NCBI GenBank assembly: GCA_012295275.1
Contig: CM022676.1
Span: 18,662,001 to 18,726,000, forward strand
DNA from: Chrysomallon squamiferum
Lineage: Eukaryota; Animalia; Mollusca
DNA: 64,000 bases
Reading direction: 5' to 3'
Positions within the stretch are counted from its first letter, which is position 1. Each line of letters starts with the position of its first letter. The notes under the pieces were generated by a model that worked only from the letters and a program-made list of their open reading frames with translations, made no database searches and had not been told where the DNA came from. Below are positions 51,599 through 64,000 of the stretch, one piece after another. The translations under genes and the position numbers were made by a program.

Positions 51599-52407
51599 CG
51601 TGAATATTTAAAAACAAAACAAAAAAACAAGAACTCCCAAAAATACTGAACAATTCGTACTCTAGTTTCGGGAAAGAAGGCAACCATTTTGTTCAGTGAC
51701 GTCATTAATGATAACGGACGTTACGCAATAATGAGATCTACAATGGATACCTTTTTGCAAGGAGTCAGTTTTCCACTTTTATTTACCCAGTCACGAGTAT
51801 CATATAATGAATTGTGTGTGTGTTTGTGTGTGTGTATCTGTGTGTATGTGTGTGTGTGTGTCTGTGTGTGTGCGTGTGCGTGCCGCTACAGACAGCTAAA
51901 CAAAAGAATGTTTTTGCCGCATTGCATTCTGGGTAAAATAAAAAATGTCTTCGTTACGGATAAATCCAGTTTAGAACTGTTTATGTGACAATCATCTTTC
52001 CTGTTTGGATTGTATCGTTACTTCAGTTACAAGTCATGATCGCGTGATATAATGTGGCTGAATTATTCTTGTTTAGTCACCGGATTATCCACCAGGGCTA
52101 AAATACATTCAAATCCGTGCATTTTGTACAACCACCATTATTAAAAATTACATCGTGTAAATAAATCTTATGAATTATTTGTTTAATGTTGAATCCTTTC
52201 TTCTGTTTCTTTCTTCTTTTTCTTTTTTCTTTAATTATTTTCAAAATTATTATTTCGATTATTGTATTGTTATTACTCCTCCTACTACTGTTATTAATTA
52301 ATTAGTTAATTAATTAAATTTATTTTTATTTTATTTTATTTTTTTATTACTATTGTTGTTGTTGTTATTATTGAATTAAATGAGCTTAGGAAGGGTTTTA
52401 GTGTTAT

Positions 52408-52461
<54 letters not shown>

Positions 52462-52854
52462 ATAATAATAATAATAATACTAAAACTATCAGGTGCTGAT
52501 TAAGGAGCAAGAAGTGTTTGTGGTGTGAGATATTCGGAGTGTTACGAGTTGATGCTTCACTGAGAAAACGTCCAGAAAAAACGTCCAGGGACAGATCTTC
52601 TTTCTTACTGTCACTCTGTTCAGTTGTGGGTGGAGTGTTTACATACAGAGGAACACCCCCCCACACACACACACACACACAAAACAACGTGGAACCACAC
52701 CTGTATTGATTAGCACATGCACAGTAATCATTATCATACTTACCTGTAGTCACGCTTGACTTGTCTAATCAGTGAACCGTTTTATTCCGCAAATATACAA
52801 AAAAACAAAAAAAAAATATCAGAATGAAAAATGTTTTCTTCTTCATATCCATCT

Positions 52855-52885
52855 ACTACTACTACTACTACTACTACTACTGCTG

Positions 52886-52920
<35 letters not shown>

Positions 52921-53016
52921 GCTGCTGCTACTACTACTACTACTACTATTACCACTACTGCTACTACTACTACTATTACTACTACTACTACTATTACTAC
53001 TACTACTACTACCACA

Positions 53017-53050
<34 letters not shown>

Positions 53051-53051
53051 T

Positions 53052-53083
<32 letters not shown>

Positions 53084-53240
53084 TTACTACTATTACAACT
53101 ACTACTACTACTACCACTACCACTACTTCTACTATTACTACTACTATTACTTCTACTACTACTATTACTACTACTATTACAACTACTACTACTACTACTA
53201 CTATTATTATTATTATTATTATTGTTGTTATTATTATTGT
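52855..53240. repeat. (ACT/ATT)n trinucleotide tract
   Basis: Directly visible. Confidence 0.93.
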
Positions 53241-53490
53241 ACTAGTACAATAACAATCAATATCCCTTACTGTCACTGCAGCTACCTCTGCTGCTACAAC
53301 AACTGTAATCAAAAACAGCACCCAGTGAATCACCTGAAAACAAACAATAGGATTAAACGTTTTCTGTTTTGTGTAGAAAGTCGTAGAAAGTTAATTAGCT
53401 GTAACGTCATGTCGTTTCGCTTGAATTATTATTATTATATTTATGTTTTATTTATTATTATTATTATTTTTATATTTACTTTCTAGTGTC

Positions 53491-53521
<31 letters not shown>

Positions 53522-53701
53522 GTGGTTATTTGTTTGTAGATTACAAACCAAACACAGTCACTCACATCAAAGCAGTGAATGTTATAAATTGTTTATTTTG
53601 TTACGTGACTCAGTTAGCTGTCTACAATGCTAACTGAACTTATTGAAAAACTGTTTATTTATTTCTAGTGCACAAAAAACATTCTGTTGATTTTTCAATA
53701 C

Positions 53702-53751
<50 letters not shown>

Positions 53752-54674
53752 TATTATTATTATTATTATTTTATGTTTTTCGTTTTGTTTGAATTGTTGT
53801 TTCGCTTTAACAATCATTCAGAAAACTGAACTGAACTCTTTAGTCCTGATGATGATGGTGTTGATGATGATGATGATGATAGCAACAAAAACAACAGTAA
53901 CAACAACAGTAATAATAAAATAATAATAATAATTATGACGATGATGATGACAACAATGACAAAAACAACAACAACAATGACGACGATTATGATGTTGATG
54001 ATAACTAACAAACTAACTAAATAAATAAATAAATAAAAAACTCTTTTACGAACGGATCACAAATGACGTCATATTTTCTGAGAAGTTCGTTGATTTCCGA
54101 CAGAATTTCTTATGAATATTCATAACTTCATCTCCTTCTATCCTCGAATAACGTTGTAAAACATTTGCTGTTTTAACTTATTTACATATTAATAAACAAA
54201 CAAAAAACTAACGTCTGATTTTTAAGGAAAAAATACAACAAAAGTCATTTTTTAAAGACACAAAATATTTTTAATTTCTCAAAAATTAAATTATTAAAGA
54301 GGCAAAAAATTTCTCGCCACAATAAATAAATAAATAAATAAAAATCAAATCTGGATAGGTACACGGATGAATAAATATATAGCTAACTTGACAGTCAGAC
54401 AGATACACAGATACTCATATAGGACAATATATACATACATTGATAGATAAATATATATGTGACAGATGTACAGGGAGATAGACAGGCATACAGATTGTAA
54501 TAGTAACAATAACAATAACCATGATGTTGATGATGATAATAATAATAACAACAATAACAACATCAAACTGTTTTATTTTTCAGTAAATTAAATGAAAGAT
54601 ACAGAATTATTATTTATTCTTCACTACGTCACTTCTCATCTGGAGTGAAAACCAGTTTTGTGTTCATTAACCCT

Positions 54675-57264
54675 TTAACCGTCAACTGTCAGCTGACCAG
54701 CCGGTCGTATTTTCATCTGGGTTCGGGAGGGGTTCGCGCCAAACGAATTCCACATGCTGCAGTAGTCGCTGTTGCCACACGGCTGACGTCCGTTGAGGTG
54801 AGCGACCCCGCAGCCGCGGTACCACCACCCGCTTCTGTAGAGAAGAGCACAGCTGCCGCTGTAGTCGTCGTTGTCGCTGTTAGCAGCGCTGAACCGCTGC
54901 CCATTGTGAGACGCAGTGAAGTCATCATCTGAAAGAGAAAGCCGACAGCGTGACGTCAGCAGACTAAGTTGTGACGTCAGTAGACGAAGTTGTGACGTCA
55001 GTAGACTAAGCTGTGACGTCGTCGTTCTTTGTATTAAAGCAATAGTAATTAATCAGCCAAATAAATAGATAAAGAAAGAAAGAAAGTAGGAAAGAAAGAA
55101 AGAAGAACAAAGTAAAGAATAAATTGTGTAATCCTATAAAGATATGTTCTGTTTCCAAAGAAATAATCACAAATTGTAACTATATGAAAAAAACAAAAAA
55201 AAAATACTGCAACAACAACGACAACAGAACTAATAACTGCAATGATAACATTAATAATAGTAACTGTTTACTACTACTACTACTACTACTACGACTTATA
55301 ATAAAAATAATAATAATAATAATAATCGTAATAATAACAACAACGTGAACAGTAGTAGAAGTAATGGTAGTAACAGCAGTAGTAGTAGAAGTAGCAAATA
55401 TAAAGATAACAGAAGCGGTAACATTGCTAGTTATAATAACAGAGGTGTCAGAACTAAAAATAGGACTAGATACGTAACGCAAGTTATAAATAGATTTCTC
55501 ACTAATGTTAGCCTCATAAGGGCCTCCTACGCTTAATCTATATTTATCCTCCGGGCCGGAGATACGGAAGTGGTTGTATCGTATTGTACCATTTTGTCCC
55601 GTTCCAAGCTCGAGATCAATCTGTAGCTCGTAGCGTTTCTGATTGGTTAGTGCGTAGAGGTACTGGTTTCCTGGTAAAAAGAAATCAAAGTAAATGTTTG
55701 TCTGTCTGTTTACCTGTTTTCTCATCTGTCACATATAAATATTGTTATACATGTTCCCATCATACAGCGAGTTAAATTATACATGTTTTTTAAACACGTG
55801 GACAGAACTACGTGTACGTTCACGTCATACAGTCAGTTAATTAAAACATTGTTTTCTGTTTTAGACGTAGCTGCACGAGACGTTGTTACTAAGGGTTACA
55901 GTTCTTTAACAATGACGTCACAGCTGTCAAATAACGCTGATGTTATGTGCAGATCGAGTATGCAGTACATAATTAGGAACTAATTTTCTGTTATCTTGTA
56001 TTCGTCTGTTTAGGTAGGTACGCAAGCATGTATGCATGTATGTATGTTTGTATGTATGTATGTTTGTATGTATGTATGTTTGTATGTATGTATGTATGTA
56101 TGTATGTATGTATGTTTGTATGTATGTATCTATGTATGTGTGTATGTACGTACGTATGTATGTATGTAAGTGGGATACACACACACTCATACTCGCGTAT
56201 GTGCTTATTTGCATGTATGTACTACGTATGTGTATGTATGTATGTAGGTAGGTAGATATTTACATATGTATGTGTGTATGTACATATGTATCTATATATG
56301 CGTGTGTGGGGGGTGTGTGTGTGTACGTACCTAACCAAAACTCGTTTGTTATATTTCCAAATCCAGTTTCATATTCAGTCCACGATCTGTAGAAATCTTC
56401 CGACCCATTGTTCCTCCTCTGTATTACCTTCATAACAATAACAATAATAACAACAACGACGATAACAACAACAACAACAACAACAATAATAATAATAAGA
56501 TGAAGAAGAAGATGAATGATAGTGATCATCATCACGGTGTCGATGATAATGATAATAATGATAATGATAATGGTAAGTCTAATAAGAATATCTAACAGTA
56601 GGACAAGCTTTTAGAATTACAAATGTTGGAGTCGAGTATTATTTACACTGTTACTACTTCCACAACTAGAAACCGCTACCACTTCTATTACTACCTCTAC
56701 TACTGATGTTATTACTACTTACACTAACAGTTGTAGTAGCAGTAGTCACCGAACCAGTTACAGTAGCAGTAGTAGTGCTAGTGCTACAGTAGCGTTTATA
56801 CCTGTGGTGAAGTCGTAGTTGTATGTACAGTAACACTTACCAACCACAGGTCTTCGTCGAAGTATCCCTCAGTGACAGGCAGTGCTGACGTCGTGTCTGA
56901 CATCGTTGTTGTGTTGATTGTATGAACTCCAGCAGAGGTTGGCCACACAAAACATTCGACTATCCGAACATCATCCCCGGCATTATTTACTACAGCTGTA
57001 AAACAATATGTGTGTATACATACACACACATACATACACAGACACATATACGTACATATTCATATGTGTGTGTGTGTGTGTGTGTATGCGCGCGCACATT
57101 TGGGTGGTTAAAAAATAATGCAATAAACGTTTATATCTCCAAAACAAAATCAAATAAAACATGATAAAAAAAGAATAATAATAAAATAAAATAATAATAA
57201 ATGAAAAAAAAAAAAAAAAAAGAACTGATAAAATTCAGTTAAAACGTTAATGAAACAAAGTTAA

Positions 57265-57295
<31 letters not shown>

Positions 57296-57703
57296 AAACT
57301 ACAGCAAAAATAATGATAAAAATTATGGTAATAATAAAAAGATGATGATTATGATAATGATGATGATAAATGATGATTTTCACTTACCAAACCCTTTCGT
57401 ATTATCTTCATGACGAAGAGACAGACATGCAAACGAAGAGTTGTAGAGGAAACAAGATTTGCTGTTGTAGTTGTAAAAATAGGCGTTGCAGTTGTCGCTG
57501 TACAGTCGCGTACACATCGTCGCACACCGTAAAGACGTAGTGACGCCGTATTTGACGGAAGTCGCGGTTTCTATGGGAACCGAGTTGAAATTAATCGCTT
57601 TGAAATGGGAAGTGTGACACTCGGCTGCAAGAGGTGGAAAGAAAGTCGACAGAAGAAAAATCAGCTTCGTTGTCAAGGCAACGCATTTCACGTTAAAACT
57701 CAT
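54675..57703 (-). CDS. Secreted fibrinogen-related (FReD) protein with N-terminal PAN/Apple-like domain; 5 exons, 329 aa
   Basis: Exons 57703-57388, 56995-56841, 56427-56331, 55670-55503, 54928-54675 (990 nt, phases consistent). Signal peptide; PAN pattern [22 protein letters not shown]; FBG motifs [51 protein letters not shown]....GWWY..C..AHLNG, MKIRP. Confidence 0.9.
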
Positions 57704-58150
57704 TTCTGCGGCTGTTGGCGCTTGTTTTTCCTTCGTTGTTTTTTTTTTTTTTTTTTTTTTTTTTTCGCTTTTCTTCCAACCAGTGAACGGATCAGTAAAG
57801 ACGATGATGTCTTCAGCGTAATTCACGAATATCGCAAAGGACGAGATTACGAAAACCTAGCATGTGACGTGAAACATCTCCGTTTTTGTCACGTCTGCTT
57901 TTACTGTTAACATTGTTTAATGCATCTCTCGTCAACATTCGTCTTCCTCTTTATTACTCGTAAATTAAAACGATAAATTAATTGTCAGTATTGAGATCAT
58001 TTACACTTGAATAACTTCATCATCTGTCTACATCTGTATCTATATAAAAAACATCTAATCATTATTAATTTCTTTTTGTTGTTGTTCTATAAATATTTTA
58101 TTAATAGCATCGGTCCAATGAGCTCTAATAAAAAAATCACAAGCACTCAT

Positions 58151-58316
<166 letters not shown>

Positions 58317-59099
58317 TGAGGCTCACCACGCTGCATTGGGTTGATCAAACATTAGACTCAGTGAACAATAAACATTTAATTAGACGTTTTCAGCTGCTAA
58401 ATCAGTGGAGACGAAAGTTATTGCAGACTGAAATATCATTTTATTGGCTGCGTGACTGCGTCGTCAATTAATTCGAGTAGTCATGTTTGTAATCGTCACA
58501 CTTTGATCTTCATTTCATAATTCTTTCTGTTTCTGGGCGAGGAATCAATATAAAAATCAAAGAAACGAGTATTTTTTTTTAAAAACTGTGTGCAAGCAGT
58601 AACGATTATTGTTTTCACCAGTAGATTTCCTTTGCACTTGTTTGTAAATAGTTAACGAGCACGTTATGATTTACGATTAATATCACTGAACAGAAGAATA
58701 TGTTAATTACGTCATTGTGACGTCAGTGATATGCATGTTTCTTTCTTAGTTTTTTTACAGTTTTCCGGTTTCGCTGAATGCAAATTAAGAAAATGTCCTA
58801 GGCATGAATGATCTTGATTGATATGATGAAACAAGTTGCAGAGAAAACTTTCAGTAAATTCTTGCTTCACGATATTTAAATACAAACAACATGCATCACA
58901 TTCCACAAAATTATGATTATTATTATTATTTTGTTTTGCTTGACATCTTTCGTGTTTATTAGTGTCACGGGACCGTTTCTTTGAAAATTTCTTTTTCAGA
59001 GACAGAATCATAAATAATTAAAAATCTGGTCAAATCCTCATTTTGTCCGCTATTATCACTACCACTATTACTATTACAACTACTATACTACAACCATTA

Positions 59100-62000
59100 G
59101 CCTACTATTACTACTATTACAACAACTACTATTACTACTATCACTACGTCATTGGTGTCAGTATAACAACGACTGCTATTACTACTATTACAAAAACTAC
59201 TGTTACTACTATCAGTACGTCATTGCTGTCAGTATAACAACGACTGCTATTACTACTACTACAACAACTACTATTACTACTATCAGTACGTCATTGCTGT
59301 CAGTATAACAACGACTGCTATTACTACTACTACAACAAGTACTGTTACTACTATCAGTACGGCATTGATGTCAGTATAACAACGACTGCTATTACTACTA
59401 CTACAACAACTACTATTACTACTATCAGTACGTCATTGCTGTCAGTATTACAACGACTGCTATTACTACTATTACCACAACTACTACTACTACTATCAGT
59501 ACGTCATTGGTGTCAGTATAACAACGACTGCTATTACTACTACTACAACAACTACTATTACTACTACTACAACAACTACTATTACTACTATCAGTACGTC
59601 ATTGTTGTCAGTATAACAACGACTGCTATTACTACTACTACTACAACAACTACTATTACTACTATCAGTACGTCATTCTTGTACTAACACCAATGACGTA
59701 CTGATAGTAGTAATGGTAGTTGTTGTAGTAGTAGTAATAGCAGTCGTTGTTATAGTGACTGCTATTACTACTACTACAACAACTGCTGTCACTTCTATCA
59801 GTACGTCATTGCTGTCAGTATAACAACGACTGCTATTACTATTACAACGACTGCTATTACTACTATTACAACAACTACTGTTACTATTATCAGTACGTCA
59901 TTGGTGTCTGTATAACAACGACTGCTATTACTACTACTACTACAACTCCTGTTACTATTATCAGTACGTCATTGGTGTCAGTATAACAACGACTGCTATT
60001 ACTACTATTACAACAACTACTATTACTACAATCAGTATGTCATTGCTGTCAGTATAACAACGACTGCTATTACTACTATTACAACAACTACTATTACTAC
60101 TATCAGTACGTCATTGCTGTCAGTATAACAACGACTGCTATTACTACTATTACAACAACTACTATTACTACTATCAGTCCGTCATTGCTGTCAGTATAAC
60201 AACGACTGCTATTACTACTATTACAACAACTACGGTTACTACTATCAGTCCGTCATTGCTGTCAGTATAACAACGACTGCTATTACTACTACTACAACAA
60301 CTGTTACTACTATCAGTCCGTCATTGCTGTCAGTATAACAACGACTGCTATTACTACTACTACAACAACTACTACTACTACTATCAGTACGTCATTGCTG
60401 TCAATATAACAACGACTGCTACTACTATTACAACAACTACTACTACTACTATCAGTACGTCATTGTTGTCAGTATAACAACGACTGCTATTACTACTACT
60501 ACAACTACTATTACTACTATCAGTACGTCATTGCTGTCAGTATAACAACGACTGCTATTACTACTACTACTACAACTCCTGTTACTACTATCAGTACGTC
60601 ATTGATGTCAGTATAACAACGACTGCTATTACTACTATTACCACAACTACTATTACTACTATCAGTACGTCATTGATGTCAGTATAACAACGACTGCTAT
60701 TACTACTACTACAACAACTACTATTACTACTATCAGTACGTCATTGATGTCAGTATAACAACGACTGCTATTACTACTACTACAACAAGTACTATTACTA
60801 CTATCAGTACGTCATTGATGTCAGTATAACAACGACTGCTATTACTACTACAACAACGACTATTACTACTATCAGTACGTCATTGATGTCAGTATAACAA
60901 CGACTGCTATTACTACTATTACAACTACTATTACTACTATCAGTACGACATTGCTGTCAGTATTACAACGACTGCTATTACTACTATTACAACTACTACT
61001 ACTACTACTATCAGTACGTCAGTGATGTCAGTATAACAACGACTGCTATTACTACTACTACAACTACTACTACTACTATCAGTACGTCATTGATGTCAGT
61101 ATAACAACGACTGCTATTACTACTACTACTACAACTCCTGTTACTACTATCAGTACGTCATTGGTGTCAGTATAACAATGACTGCTATTACTACTATTAC
61201 AACAACTACTGTTACTACTATCAGTACGTCATTGGTGTCAGTATTACAACGACTGCTATTACTACTATTACAACAACTACTGTTACTACTATCAGTACGA
61301 CATTGCTGTCAGTATAACAACGACTGCTATTACTACTACTACTACTATCAGTACGCCATTGCTGTCAGTATAACAACGACTGCTATTACTACTATTACAA
61401 CAACTACTATTACTACTATCAGTACGCCATTGCTGTCAGTATAACAACGACTGCTATTATTACTACTACAACAACTACTATTACTACTATCAGTACGTCA
61501 TTGCTGTCAGTATAACAACGACTGCTATTACTACTACTACTACAACTACTATTACTACTATCAGTACGCCATTGCTGTCAGTATAACAACGACTGCTATT
61601 ACTACTATTACAACAACTACTGTTACTACTATCAGTACGTCATTGATGTCAGTATAACAACGACTGCTATTACTACTATTACAACAACTACTGTTACTAC
61701 TATCAGTACGTCATTGATGTCAGTATAACAACGACTGCTATTACTACTATTACAACAACTACTGTTACTACTATCAGTACGTCATTGCTGTCAGTATAAC
61801 AACGACTGCTATTACTACTATTACAACAACTACTATTACAACAACTACTACTACTATTATCAGTACGACATTGCTGTCAGTGTAACAACGACTGCTATTA
61901 CTACTACTACTACAACTCCTGTTACTATTATCAGTACGTCATTGCTGTCAGTATAACAAGGACTGCTATTACTACTACTACAACAACGACTATTACTACT

Positions 62001-62255
62001 ATCAGTACGTCATTGCTGTCGTTATAACAACGACTGCTATTACTACTACTACTACAACTACTGTTACTACAATCAGTACGTCATTGCTGTCAGTATAACA
62101 ACGACTGCTATTACTATTACAACGACTACTACTACTACTATCAGTACGACATTGCTGTCAGTATAACAACGACTGATATTACTACTATTACAACAACGAC
62201 TATTACAGCTATCAGTACGTCATTGGTGTCAGTATAACAACAACTGATATTACTC
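59100..62255. repeat. ~68-71-bp satellite TATCAGTACGTCATTGCTGTCAGTATAACAACGACTGC(TAY)n.., ~45 copies, one unit inverted
   Basis: Directly visible; period 71 measured at 60101 to 60172; inverted unit at 59692-59754. Confidence 0.97.
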
Positions 62256-62601
62256 ACAGTACAACTGACTCGTTAAAATGAAAATGTTTAAAAAAACACA
62301 ACAGCAGCTGTCATCACAATAAACAACAGAGTGGGTGTTTCTGTCTGTCTATCTATCCATCTATCTAGCTATGAAGCTATCTGTCTTATTGAAAACAGTA
62401 AAAACTGTATTATTATATTTTTCAGCTGTTCTATTTTTATTTATTTTTTTATTTTTTCCATTTTATTTTTGTTTGTCTGTCAAATGCGATCGTAAATGTC
62501 AGTTTGAAAACACTGAAAACTGGATTGCTATATTTTTAATTTATATTTATTTTTTAATTTTAATTTTAATTTTTGTTTTGTTTTGTAAATGTCAGTTTAA
62601 A

Positions 62602-62662
62602 ATGGAGCGAAATCTTCTCTTACACCTAGCAGTAGTGTCTCTCCTGGTTCTCTGCAAGTCAC
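62602..62662 (+). CDS. First coding exon (signal peptide) of an unidentified secreted or membrane protein gene continuing beyond the window
   Basis: aaaATGG context; MERNLLLHLAVVSLLVLCKS then C|GTGAGT (phase 1), a typical signal-peptide exon. Confidence 0.55.
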
Positions 62663-62911
62663 GTGAGTACTCGGATATTTTTTTTTTCTACTCGTTTACT
62701 TCTTTGTGATATCTGCGTGTTTGCTATAATCTCAGTGAGTGTATGTATGATTGCATATATATATATTATATATATGGATGGATGTCCGAATTTGTGTGTA
62801 TTTATATATATATATGTATGTGTGTATATATGTATATGTATGTTTTATATATGGATGGATGGATATATACGTAAAATATGAAGTGTACACACACACCCAC
62901 ACATAAACACA

Positions 62912-62942
<31 letters not shown>

Positions 62943-62975
62943 CTGTTTGTATATAAAATATGAAGTGTATATGAG

Positions 62976-63032
<57 letters not shown>

Positions 63033-63264
63033 CTGTTTGTTATATATGAGGTGTATATGAGTATAAACCAGGTGCATATATAAACCTGTACGTGTGGGAT
63101 AAATGAGTAGGTGTCTGGTGGTTATGTGATTATATATGTGTGTGGTGTTATATGAGTATGTAGGTGGTGGGTATACGTGTATGTAGACGGGTATATGTAT
63201 ATGTAGACGGGTATATGTGTGTATATTGAACATGTTTTCAAGCAGATACAATTTTGTTTTTCAG

Positions 63265-63294
63265 AAGCGTCTAAATCCATTTGTAAACGGATAA
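63265..63294 (+). CDS. Possible micro-exon 2 of the 62602 gene
   Basis: Strong acceptor ttttgtttttcag; reads (Q)ASKSI(CKRI) in phase, with candidate donors gtaaac (63283) or gttagt (63295), both phase 1. Confidence 0.3.
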   Translation, partial: KRLNPFVNG

Positions 63295-64000
63295 GTTAGT
63301 TTACATCTGTACACTTACAAGCTATTACAGAAACAACAACAACAATAACCAACAAAATAACAACAACACAACAACAACAACACAGTAACAGCAGCAGCAG
63401 CTACAGTACTAGTTCAAGAATGATGTAGTAGTACCGACAGCAGTAGTATACCCGCTAGTAGTTGTGGTGGTTGTAGTAGTTTTATTAACAGTGGTAGTAG
63501 TAGTAACAGTAGTTGTAGATGTAGTGGTAATAGTAGTAGTAGTAGTAGTAGTAGTAGTAATTGTAGTGCCGGTGGTAGGGAACGTGTACGTAGACTGAAC
63601 TTGCTAACTTTGTGACGTTCACTGCTCAGTTCAAACTGAATCACGAAGTTCAAACTGAATCACGAAGTTCAGCCTGGTCCTAGTTGAAAGATGTCAGATG
63701 TTCTGAGAACCTCGTAAAGTGAAAAAAAAAGAGTTTAACGTAAAAAGTCTCAGTTTTATGGACCAATTAGAAAACATCAACAACTTACATTGAGCCTATC
63801 GGTTCTTACATTTTCAAACATTATCTTTCGTCTAACTGAGACTGCTGCCCCGCAAAAATAGAAAAATTAAAAAGGAATGAAAGGCATAAACATCACTTTA
63901 AAATATATTCATTGTGTCAGCTATAGTGCCGTCACAGTTGATCGTCATTTTTGATCTCAGAATATCTGACTGTGTCAACTTGGAAGTCAGCTGACTGTAG

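Noticed and set aside
54645-54932. Plus-strand 95-aa and minus-strand 71-aa ORFs over the last FReD exon
   Set aside because: Shadow frames of a GC-rich exon; the true frame gives fibrinogen motifs.
57704-57826. N-terminal extension of the FReD ORF (MNYAED..KKKK)
   Set aside because: It starts at a non-ATG codon and crosses a poly-A run; the ATG at 57703 gives a proper signal peptide.
59100-62255. Regular ~38-bp constant block with variable intervening sequence, superficially CRISPR-like
   Set aside because: The 'spacers' are near-identical TAC/TAT/AAC triplet runs rather than unique sequences; the context is eukaryotic and there are no cas genes.

Overview
AT-rich, microsatellite-dense animal genomic DNA. 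Gene content and style suggest an invertebrate, probably a lophotrochozoan or mollusc (inference). Nearly all ORF-track entries are simple-repeat noise; the real genes were reconstructed by hand from GT-AG exon chains with consistent phases. (1) + strand: 13-coding-exon Kirre/Neph/IrreC-Rst-like 5-Ig adhesion receptor (6735-27559), with two 1-nt homopolymer frameshifts and one garbled exon that look like assembly errors. (2) - strand: 8-coding-exon mitochondrial ribosomal protein mL37/MRPL37 (46426-36729). (3) + strand: MTERF4, single coding exon (47938-48987), head-to-head with MRPL37. (4) An internally deleted Tigger/pogo DNA transposon (50679-51280). (5) - strand: secreted PAN/Apple + fibrinogen-C (FReD) protein (57703-54675). 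(6) A signal-peptide first exon of a further + strand gene (62602). The most unusual signal is that tandem arrays are repeatedly seeded on exon-intron junctions and copy the exon 3' end plus the 5' splice site into the intron. This affects 4 of about 23 donors, plus acceptor-side and stop-codon cases. One MRPL37 array gives 10 in-frame, same-phase alternative donors.
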